64,000 nucleotides of DNA, taken from contig OZ024754.1 of assembly GCA_964016885.1 (NCBI GenBank), positions 16,430,001-16,494,000 of the forward strand. The letters run 5' to 3'. Shown in pieces: positions 55,136 to 64,000 of the stretch (positions are counted from its first letter, which is position 1; every line of letters begins with the position of its first letter). A program made the position numbers and the translations under genes. The notes beneath the pieces are model-generated. The model was not told the DNA's origin and did no database searches. It saw nothing but the letters and a program-made list of their open reading frames with translations. This DNA comes from Eledone cirrhosa. Its lineage: Eukaryota.

Positions 55136-56264
55136 CAGCTTTTCTCAACCAGCGTGCCCCGGAACCATAGCGTTCCGTAAGAGGTCACTAGGAGTTCCAC
55201 AAGAAAAAGTGATAAATAAGCTACAGCATTTTTAAGAAATTTTTGTTTAATTTTATATTCTTAATTTTACTCTACATATATGGCATCATCATCATCATCA
55301 TCATCATCACCGTTTTACGTACATTCTTCCACGCTAGCATGGGTTAGACGGGTTGTCCTGTTGTGGGCAGTGTCTGGTCGGCTGACCATGCCTTGCTCAT
55401 ACAGGAACTGATTTGGCTTGATTTCTACAGCTGGAGGCCCTTCCTAACACCAACCTCATTTACAGTGAGTGCTGGGTGCTTTTTCATGGCGCCTACACGT
55501 CCACTTTACAGTGTGGGCTGGGTGCTTTTTTGCCGTGGCACCTCCACGACCACCTTGCGGTGGGGGGTGTGGGGGCATATTGTCTATATGCTTCAGCTTG
55601 TACCCATGGGAGGTCGGGTACTCTGTATTACTGCATGACGCCAGAAGTCACGGTCGTGTGTCATTGTCTTTGAGAGGTGTAATTGGGTAAGGTCGGCTTT
55701 TATCACCTCATCCTAGGTCATCTTGGGTCTCCCCACTCCGCGGTTTCCATCAACTTCTAGTGCTCTGCACCTTTTTATGCAGCTGTCATCCTTCATATGC
55801 ATCACATGTCCATACCAGCGCAACCGCCTCTCCTGCACACAGCATTTGATTCCTCTTATGCTCAGTCTCTCTCTCAATTCATTTATGCTTTGTCGTTCAC
55901 GTATATTACTGTTACACATCCATCGGAGCATGCAGGCTTCGTTTCTCTCTAATCTACGTAAGTCTTCCACCTTCAGCGCCCAGGTCTCACTACCATGTAA
56001 CATCGCTGTTCATATACACGCATCATACAGTCTGCCTTTCATTCTGAGGGAGAAGCCTTTTGCAGCTAGCAGTGGTAGTAGTTCCCTAAACTTCTTCCAT
56101 CCCGTTCTTACCCTGGCATATTATTGGAAAATCATTGGTTATTATAATAAAGACTTCAACCTCTTATATTATTTAAAACTAGGTTGTAATGGTATATAAT
56201 AATTTTTATGCAGGGCTTCCCTGAGACATGAAAACTATTTCAAGGGTTCCACAAGGAAATGCTG
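55136..56264. mobile_element. hAT-like non-autonomous element, split by an RTE LINE insertion
   Basis: CAG...CTG termini, left end CAGCTTTTCTCAACC (Charlie-like), perfect 8-bp direct repeat ATATAGAG at 55128-55135 and 56265-56272. 8-bp TSDs are the hAT hallmark. Confidence 0.8.
55287..56113 (-). mobile_element. 5'-truncated RTE-clade LINE (ORF C-terminus, 3'UTR, (GAT)n tail)
   Basis: Translation ...MLHGSETW...RLERNE...ELRERL...RRLRWYGHV...GRPK is typical of the RTE region downstream of RT; in-frame stops present; trinucleotide tail at 55284-55309; TGGCAT at both ends (55281, 56114). Confidence 0.92.
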
Positions 56265-56309
56265 ATATAGAGTTTGAGAGGATTCTTCAGTCTGGCTGAG
56301 AGCATGTGA

Positions 56310-56497
56310 CAGCCCCTCATTTCACGTTGTTCCAGTATACCTAGCTGAAAATGAGTACCAGCAGTAACCATGGGGTTTAACCCTGCAATGGACTGGTGTT
56401 CTGCCCAGGGGGAAGTCTTGTACTCTTAGTCACTTCATGCCATGAAAACTGGGATAAACACTGGCCTGATGAGCTTCCAGGTTTGAGACAGACTTTA
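56310..56497 (+). mobile_element. SINE fragment (Deu/Nin-domain-like)
   Basis: AAAATGAGTACCAGC...AACCCTGCAATGGACTGG...CCAGGGGGAAG...GAAAACTGGGATAA...GGCCTGATGAGC; second copy at 51137. Confidence 0.7.
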
Positions 56498-57390
56498 GTT
56501 TAATTAAGGTAGCTATATATAATGTCAATGGTACAATTTGATCTCATGATCTTTATGTTGTCTGTCGTGAACTTAATTATCTTAACCTGTACACAGTTAT
56601 TCATTCAATATCCTTTGATTGCCAGCTTTATTAATTATCTGAGGTTACACTCCAATTTTCTCATAGAGCCATGTGTTCATTGAATAGAATTTGGAACGTT
56701 TATAAATAACTTCATATGAAACAATTGTTTAAATATTCCATTATTGGTTCCATTCAGGATCCATCTTTTAAATTTGTCCATTTAACTCTATTGTTGTGCA
56801 GATATAAAAGAACTGAGGAATATGTACTAAAATCTATGCGACTAGAGCCATTAGAGATATTTAAATGAAAATACAAAGTGCAACCATTTCCCCCTGGATT
56901 CAATATACTTAAGATAATGGAAACTACAGATTGATGATATATCTGTTGTCAATGGGTATTTTGGTGGATGAGGGAAAAAAATAAATATTTTCCTGTTAAG
57001 ACAATCTTGTTTTCAGTCTGTTTGAGAAGATAATTAGGTTTTATTGTTATTAATTGAATTGCATAAATAATCCCTCTCCAAACAATTTTTCATAAATCTT
57101 ATTCAGTGACTTAATTGAAAAATATCCTCTGCAATTCTATATAGAGATTTAGTTTTTCTTCACGTTGTGTGGATATAATGCAGTATTGGAGTAGCTTGGT
57201 GATTGTTATTGATTTCAGTTTGAGAAGAAACGCTGTAGAAAGTTATATTTGATATTTTTAGTTAATCAATTTTCAGAATTAACAAGCAATTAAATCATTT
57301 CCTTACAAAAAAATTCTTGTTAGGTTTATTATTAAAACAGCATTATTACATTAGTTTTCATTCTACTTTTAACTTCAGTAACAAATCCAG

Positions 57391-57486
57391 GACTTTCTCA
57401 CTCCTGTTGAAGGAACCCCTCCCTGGTTGACCTCCACCACTTTCCATTTGGTTTTGTTCATGTCAGAGCTGGGCTATGATGGCTTG
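57391..57486 (+). CDS. Candidate internal coding exon (96 bp, phase 0-0): DFLTPVEGTPPWLTSTTFHLVLFMSELGYDGL
   Basis: CCAG| acceptor downstream of a T-rich tract, TTG|GTGAGG donor, open frame, GC above flanks, phase-compatible with the next exon. Protein not recognised. Confidence 0.4.
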
Positions 57487-58055
57487 GTGAGGCTATTTAA
57501 CCCATGGTTAGGGTAGATGGCCGTTGACTTTGAGGAGTTAGGGTTAGGTTAGACTTTAGATGATGGAATGGCTTGGGTGAGATTCACAGTGTCTTACGAA
57601 TAATAGTAGAACAGGTATTACCAAGTTTAGTTCATGGTGTTCTGTTTCACCAACATCATTTAATGCATGGGTTCTCAAACTTTTTTGAATTATCACCCAC
57701 TTTCACAGCTCCCAGACCTAATGATTATGAAGCAAACCTCTTAATCATTCAGCCAAATATACTTGGCAGTACAGTGTGATATAATGAAACGATGTCAGAG
57801 GATGCAAAGTGGTAAAGTTTGTTCAATGAAACAGAATTTTCAAGACTTGTATTTTTTTTTTTTTTTTTTTTTAGCAGTTTATCACAAGACAAAATGCTTT
57901 GAATTAGTTTCCTCAACTATTCTTTTGATAAAGGAATTTTATCCCGAAATATATTGAAATACTTTTAATAAATGCCAAGGTAACATCGTAACACCTTTGT
58001 TATCAATGTATTTTTAGCATTTAATGTTTTTTTATTTTTTTACTTGGATTAACAG

Positions 58056-58169
58056 GTGAGCCCGGACATGGCTTATCGGATGGTGAATTTCCGTGAGGAG
58101 TGTGATGGCTCTAAGAACCACTTCTTTTCTTGGAATGATCGCCAGGATTCTGTGGAATCAACGAGATTG
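58056..58169 (+). CDS. Candidate internal coding exon (114 bp, phase 0-0): VSPDMAYRMVNFREECDGSKNHFFSWNDRQDSVESTRL
   Basis: Strong poly-T tract plus AACAG| acceptor, TTG|GTGAGA donor, only one open frame, sharp GC rise against AT-rich flanks. Protein not recognised. Confidence 0.62.
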
Positions 58170-58399
58170 GTGAGAAATCTATTTACATTCAGTACATTAT
58201 TCCAAATAACTTCTCTAGTTTTTCAGTATCTTCTATGTTTCTCATAATTAGCCGTGATTTTTTATTCTCTGTTAATTCCTGTAGCCTACTCAGCTGTGCT
58301 GTAAGTATTAATTATTGTTAATGAGCATTTGTTTTTATTTTTCCTTACTTTGCCTGTTAATTAGACCTAATTAAAAGTAATAGATTTTTTATTTCGTTT

Positions 58400-58800
58400 T
58401 ATAAATATTTTAACCATATTTCACCATCAGTTGTTATTAGATAAAGATGTTAGTATTTTTATCATATCTCACTTTTGCTTGTGATTAAATAAATACATTT
58501 TATAGTATTATAACCATATTTCACCCTCCTTGTTATTACATAAAAGTATTTTATAGTATTATAACCATAACTCACCCCTTGTATAAAGACATTTTATAGT
58601 AGTAGAACGGTATCTCACCCCACCTTGTTATATAACTATATTTGATAGTATTATATAACCATATCTCACCCCACCTTGTTATTAAATAAATACATTTTAT
58701 AGTATTATAATCATATCTTACCTCTCCTTGTTATTACATAAAGATATTATATAGTATATTTATCATTTCTCACTTTTGCTTGTTATTACATAAAAACATT
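58400..58800. repeat. Old degenerate ~50-bp tandem repeat, ~8 copies
   Basis: TAACCATATYTCACC...TTGTTATTA motif at ~58411, 58461, 58511, 58562, 58606, 58656, 58708, 58761. Confidence 0.85.
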
Positions 58801-58848
58801 CAAGTAAAACTATATTTCTTATAAGGTGGTATCCGTGTATTTATAGAT

Positions 58849-58880
<32 letters not shown>

Positions 58881-58926
58881 AATCATTTTATATCCGTTAT
58901 TTTTTTTCCATATTGGCATGGGTTGG
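58849..58926 (-). mobile_element. RTE-type 3' terminus with (GAT)n tail
   Basis: (CAT)n followed by ...TTCCATATTGGCATGGGTTGG, similar to 55284-55350. Confidence 0.6.
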
Positions 58927-59002
58927 TCATCTTGAATTGATCTGATCCTGCACATGTGAGTTTGTGTCCCATGGATGATGCTGTCTAAATATATTCAGAT
59001 AT

Positions 59003-59181
59003 AAAAGTTCATTGGCTGACCAAGATACTCTCATGGAATGACCAAATGAGGTTTATTTTTCAACATAGTCCCTGCAATGCAGTTATTAATAAGAAGTGTT
59101 GAAATTAATACATGCAAGATTTCACAGCTCTAGCATCACTCCTTCATAGTCAACCTATGAACGTTTCAACCAACCCTCGCA
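59003..59181. mobile_element. Tc1/mariner-like MITE (left tip eroded)
   Basis: Aligns contiguously with 52880-53026 plus 53628-53667. Confidence 0.8.
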
Positions 59182-59361
59182 TCATAATAATTCTATGGGA
59201 CAGATTGATTGCATCTTGTTCATTACATAACATATTTGGCATGGTGACCTTTCTCATGTCAAACACTTTACAGGGAGAGCACTAGAGAGGATGTCACATG
59301 CTTCTTGGCCAGACTGAACAGTCCTTGCAGATCCTAATTTGTCTCCTTCAGTCGCCAAACA

Positions 59362-59572
59362 CTATAATAATAATAATAATTGTTTCTACTTTAGGCACAA
59401 GGCCAGCAATTACCCAGTGCATTACTGGTACTTTATTTTATCGACCCCGTAAGGATGAAAGGCAAAGTTAACCTTTCATCCTTACGGGGTCGATAAAATA
59501 AAGTACCAGTAATGCACTGGGTAATTGCTGGCCTTGTGCCTAAAGTAGAAACAATTATTATTATTATTATAG
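59362..59572. repeat. Perfect inverted repeat: 101-bp arms, 9-nt spacer, built from the SINE 3' half
   Basis: 59362-59462 is the exact reverse complement of 59472-59572; spacer CAAAGTTAA. Confidence 0.95.
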
Positions 59573-59700
59573 GGCGGTGGATTGGCAGTATCGGTAGAGG
59601 GTCGGACGTCATGCTTTGACGCATAGAGTTACGGCCCTTTCCATTCTGAGTTCAAATCCCGCCGAGGTCAACTTTGCCTTTCATCCTTACGGGGTCGATA
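59572..59700 (+). mobile_element. tRNA-type SINE 5' half (well preserved), truncated in the core
   Basis: GGGCGGTGGATTGGCAGTATCGGTAG (A-box-like), GAGTTCAAATCCC (B-box), GGTCAACTTTGCCTTTCATCCTTACGGGGTCGATA. Confidence 0.87.
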
Positions 59701-59780
59701 TGAAACTTATTGTGTACAGTACTGAGGTGCACCATTCTAAGTGTGGCCGCACCATAGCTACATACAGTCTAAAATAGAAA
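59701..59780 (-). mobile_element. CR1/Jockey-group LINE remnant
   Basis: Minus-strand translation FYFRLYVAMVRPHLEWCTSV matches the LY..hVRPHLE(Y/F)...VW motif downstream of RT in CR1/L2-type LINEs. Confidence 0.75.
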
Positions 59781-60590
59781 GCTAGAGAGCAGCTGATAAC
59801 GGTCTTACTGAGTGATGCTAAGACAGCTAGAGAGCAGCTGATAACGGTCTTACTGAGTGATGCTAAGACAGCTAGAGAGCAGCTGATAACGGTCTTACTG
59901 AGTGATGCTAAGACAGCTAGAGAGCAGCTGATAAAGGTCTTATTGAGTGATGCTAAGACAGCTAGAGAACAGCTGATAAAGGTCTTACTGAGTGATGTTA
60001 AGACAGCTAGAGAGCAGCTGATAACGGTCTTACTGAGTGATGCTAAGACAGCTAGAGAACAGCTGATAAAGGTCTTACTGAGTGATGCTAAGACAGTTAG
60101 AGAGCAGCTGATAAAGGTCTTATTGAGTGATGCTAAGACAGTTAGAGAGCAGCTGATAACAGTCTTACTGAGTGATGCTAAGACAGCTAGAGAGCAGCTG
60201 ATAACGGTCTTACTGAGTGATGCTAAGACAGCTAGAGAGCAGCTGATAACGGTCTTACTGAGTGATGCTAAGACAGCTAGAGAGCAGCTGATAACGGTCT
60301 TACTGAGTGATGCTAAGACAGCTGGAGAGCAGCTGATAAAGGTCTTATTGAGTGATGCTAAGACAGCTAGAGAGCAGCTGATAAAGGTCTTACTGAGTGA
60401 TGCTAAGACAGTTAGAGAGCAGCTGATAAAGGTCTTACTGAGTGATGCTAAGACAGTTAGAGAGCAGCTGATAAAGGTCTTACTGAGTGATGCTAAGACA
60501 GTTAGAGAGCAGCTGATAAAGGTCTTACTGAGTGATGCTAAGACAGTTAGAGAGCAGCTGATAACAGTCTTACTGAGTGATGCTAAGACA
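59781..60590. repeat. 45-bp minisatellite (GYTAGAGAGCAGCTGATAAMGGTCTTACTGAGTGATGCTAAGACA), 18 copies
   Basis: GCTAGAGAG at 59781, 59826, 59871; accounts for the 310-aa and 267-aa repeat ORFs. Confidence 0.98.
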
Positions 60591-61630
60591 ACCACCCTTT
60601 TCACACATCTCCATAACAACCACCCTCCTCACACATCACATCTCCATAACAACCACCCTCTTCACACATCACATCTTCATAACAACCACCCTCCTCCTCA
60701 CACATCACATCTCCATAGCAACCACCCTCCTCACACATCTCCATAACAACCACCCTCCTCACACATCACATCTCCATAACAACCACCCTCCTCCTCACAC
60801 ATCACATCTCCATAACAACCACCCTCCTCACACATCACATCTCCATAACAACCACCCTCCTCCTCACACATCACATCTCCATAACAACCACCCTCCTCCT
60901 CACACATCACATCTCCATAACAACCACCCTCCTCCTCACACATCACATCTCCATAACAACCACCCTCCTCACACATCACATCTCCATAACAACCACCCTC
61001 CTCACACATCACATCTCCATAACAACCACCCTCCTCCTCACACATCACATCGCCATAACAACCACCCTCCTCCTCACACATCACATCTCCATAACAACCA
61101 CCCTCCTCCTCACACATCACATCGCCATAACAACCACCCTCCTCCTCACACATCACATCTCCATAACAACCACCCTCCTCCTCACATATCACATCTCCAT
61201 AACAACCACCCTCCTCCTCACACATCACATCTCCATAACAACCACCCTCCTCCTCACACATCACATCGCCATAACAACCACCCTCCTCCTCACACATCAC
61301 ATCTCCATAACAACCACCCTCCTCCTCACACATCACATCTCCCTAACAACCACCCTCCTCACACATCTCCATAACAACCACCCTCCTTACACATCACATC
61401 TCCATAACAACCACCCTCCTCACACATCACATCTCCATAACAACCACCCTCCTCCACACATCTACATAACAACCACCCTCCTCACACATCACATCTCCAT
61501 AGCAACCACCCTGCTCACACATCACATCTCCATAGCAACCACCCTCCTCACACATCACATCTCCATAGCAACCACCCTCCTCACACATCACATCTCCATA
61601 GCAACCACCCTCCTCACACATCACATCTCT
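60591..61630. repeat. 33/36-bp minisatellite (CACATCACATCTCCATAACAACCACCCTCCT[CCT]CA), ~30 copies with occasional 28-bp variants
   Basis: Direct periodicity; minus strand reads (CEE[E]GGCYGDVM)n. Confidence 0.98.
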
Positions 61631-61705
61631 ATACCAGCACAATTGTCTCCCTTGCACACTACATTCAAGTCTTTTTTTGCTCAACCTTTCTCTCAGGTCA
61701 CTTTT
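61620..61705 (-). mobile_element. RTE LINE remnant running in frame into the 33/36-bp array
   Basis: SDLRERLSKKRLECSVQGRQLCWYRDVM aligns with NELRERLSIRGIKCCVQERRLRWYGHVM of the RTE at 55713-56003. Confidence 0.85.
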
Positions 61706-61768
61706 GAGACACGCAATACATACACATACATATCTACACACACGCGCACACACTTATATACATATATA

Positions 61769-61879
61769 TCATCATCACTGTTTTACGTCCATTTCTCAAT
61801 GCTAGCATGGGTATGTATGTATGTATGTATGTAAGTATGTATGTATGTATGTATGTATGTATGTATGTATGTATGTATG

Positions 61880-61910
<31 letters not shown>

Positions 61911-61990
61911 GTATGTAAGTATATATGTATGTATGTATGTATGTATGTAAGTATGTATATATGTATGTATGTGTGTATGTATGTATGTAC
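61769..61990. repeat. Short RTE-type 3' end (61769-61812) followed by a (GTAT)n microsatellite
   Basis: TCATCATCACTGTTTTACGTCC...GCTAGCATGGGT matches 55300-55343; then ~180 bp of GTAT repeats. Confidence 0.88.
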
Positions 61991-62340
61991 GTTATCTCTT
62001 TCTCTTAATTTCGAGTATATTTTTTTGACCGGCCACCTTCCTGGTGGCAAGGTTGTAAAAGAAAAGAAATTGTCATCCCTTGAATCGCAAGAATGTTTTG
62101 CAAATTTTGAAGGTGCCAGCTATCGCAGCCATTTGCAGACTATGAATTAGGGAGCTGCGCTCTTTGATCACAAATCCAAGTTCAGTCATACTTTGGTCCA
62201 AGCGGGTTGGTATATAACCCAAAGCTCCAATAATGATGGGTATGAAGCTAAAGGTGTATCTTGGATACTGGATTAGTAAACTCCTCATCAATGGTCCGTA
62301 GATGTCCTCCCTCTCCTGTATTTTTCTGACAACGTTTACA
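61991..62340 (-). mobile_element. 5'-truncated non-LTR retrotransposon with restriction-like endonuclease C-terminus (R4/Dong/NeSL-like)
   Basis: VNVVRKIQEREDIYGPL...FIPIIIGALGYIP...LQMAAIAGTFKICKTFL* fits the K..Y..L / PhhhGALG / lQ...h.GT C-terminus of RLE-type elements; short 3'UTR follows. Confidence 0.75.
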
Positions 62341-62766
62341 TGTATGTATGTAAGTATGGGAGAGATGACCCCTTAGCCTTTGTCAAGGCAGAATTCTAGG
62401 AGAAGGAAAACTCTGATATAACACCTGCAACCCTGGTGGTATCCAATGATGTTGACTTGTTCTTCTTTTTGGTAAATATCATCTTGGTTAAGAGAGTGGG
62501 ACTGGCTTTGTGCAGTGCCTTTGCTCACTATAAAAGCTTCACGGCACAGGCATTGCTTTATATCTGGAGATCTCTCTGCACTTGTCGTCACATGGTACCA
62601 TGGGCCCAGCACTATGTGTCAATAATTGTCACAAGTGTAGTGTTTGTACCAGAGTTTTCAAGTCGCTGGCTGGACTAAAAAGTCACACTCGTTCAGCGCA
62701 TCTGTAGGGGTTCTCTACATGGATATAAAGTAGTGGCCATACTCGAAAACGAGTTGGCAGCCACCA

Positions 62767-62903
62767 TGTACGTATGTATATATGTATGTATATATGTATG
62801 TATGTATATATGTATGTATGTATGTATGTATGTACGTATGTACGTATATATGTACATATGTATGTATATATGTATGTATATATGTATGTATGTATGTATG
62901 TAT
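62767..62903. repeat. (GTAT/AT)n microsatellite
   Basis: Direct reading. Confidence 0.95.
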
Positions 62904-63281
62904 GAACAAAAAGAAATAAAACCATTATTCATTCATTAATTCATTTATAGAGGACAATTATTTCCAATTTCAAAATATACTTAGAATTAGACTCTAAGTA
63001 CAGTTCTGTAGCAGAGAACTGTAACTTTAGAGAATCACCACCTATATTTTGGCATGGTCTTTTTATATATATACTTAGCTAGATCAGTTCTTCTTGCTTG
63101 TTTTCTTTTATATTCTTTCAGTTGCATTTCCTTCTTTCAGTTTACAAATTCATTTCTATGTATATTTGTATATTTATGTATATTTGCCTAAATAATATAT
63201 GTAAGTGTGCATGCAAATATAGTTATTTTTCTATCTCTCTCTAATGGACTCTCTGGTTATTTTCAAACACATGAAAAAAAG

Positions 63282-63620
63282 TATGATATTGCATGGTAGT
63301 AAAACACGGGCTGTGACTTCAGAAGACATTCCTAGACTGGAGAGAAATGAAGCAGCCATGTTTTGTTAGATGTGCAATGTAAGTGTGAGAGAAAAGCAGT
63401 GCTTGGATGAACTGAGGGAGAAATTGGGTTCAAGAGGAATCTGAGGTGGTGTGCAAGATAGAAGTCTGCATTGGTATGGACATGTGAAGCGAATGGGTGT
63501 TGATCGCTGGGTGAAGAAGTGCCAGGAAATCCCAGTGGAAGGAAGCCACAGTAGAGGTAGACCAAGAAAGACCTGGGCAGAGATGGTGAGAGCTGATTTC
63601 AAATTGTTGAGACTCACTGC
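63282..63620 (+). mobile_element. Degenerate RTE LINE fragment
   Basis: MILHGSKT...RLERNEAAM...ELREKLG...QDRSLHWYGHVKRM...GRPRKTW...ADF with in-frame stops; paralogous to 55713-56003. Confidence 0.9.
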
Positions 63621-63756
63621 TCGTAAAATGATTGTCCATACTTATCTTGGATCATGGATCTGGAACATTTTCAATCTGAAAAATAAGTAATAATTATTGA
63701 GCCTGTTGGAGCCATGTATTTTATTATCAAAAATATACAGATACAGGTAAACATGA

Positions 63757-63815
63757 ATATATATATATACACCAAAACATTGATATATATATATATATAT
63801 ATATACATTGATATA

Positions 63816-63874
<59 letters not shown>

Positions 63875-63881
63875 TGATATA

Positions 63882-63913
<32 letters not shown>
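63757..63913. repeat. (TA)n microsatellite with repeated ACATTGAT interruptions
   Basis: Direct reading. Confidence 0.95.
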
Positions 63914-63916
<3 letters not shown>

Positions 63917-64000
63917 GTTTGTAGTTGTAAGGCCAAAATAATGCAGGTATGGATATAGAATATAAATGCAAATGCAAAAGATATTGTTGACAATTAGTCT

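Noticed and set aside
55363-56199. + strand ORFs of 65-158 aa
   Set aside because: Antisense shadows of the RTE element.
56802-56868. Possible terminal exon (TGCAG|A-YKRTEEYVLKSMRLEPLEIFK*)
   Set aside because: Short, no recognisable homology, modest pyrimidine tract; not supportable without RNA data.
59572-59670. tRNA gene
   Set aside because: A/B-box-like motifs are present, but there is no cloverleaf and several diverged copies share a downstream core, so it is a SINE head.
59687-61374. Real genes for His/Pro-rich, Cys-rich (metallothionein-like) or helical-repeat proteins
   Set aside because: Near-identical DNA-level repeats that are open on both strands, derived from LINE remnants and interrupted by frame-breaking units.
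61802-63993. YI/HT/MYVC-rich short ORFs
   Set aside because: Translations of (GTAT)n and (TA)n microsatellites.

Overview
Eukaryotic, AT-rich, almost entirely repetitive DNA. The repeat families resemble, from recall, those of coleoid cephalopods (Octopus-like); this is inferred, not verified. Bases 1-45986 are one uninterrupted 35-bp satellite array (~1300 monomers) with nested kb-scale duplications. It is fused directly to a 43-bp minisatellite. Bases ~46.9-64 kb look like intronic/intergenic DNA packed with piggyBac-, mariner- and hAT-like MITEs, tRNA-type SINEs, LINE remnants (RTE, CR1-like, RLE/R4-like), minisatellites and microsatellites. Two small in-frame candidate exons on the + strand belong to an unidentified gene. 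There are no prokaryotic genes, CRISPR arrays or intact transposases; the long ORFs in the track are repeat translations or LINE remnants. The most notable observations are two abutting minisatellites amplified from coding motifs of two different LINEs, a perfect 101-bp SINE-derived hairpin, six MITEs in strictly alternating orientation, and a satellite monomer shaped like a 3' splice site. I found no demonstrable novel protein-coding system.
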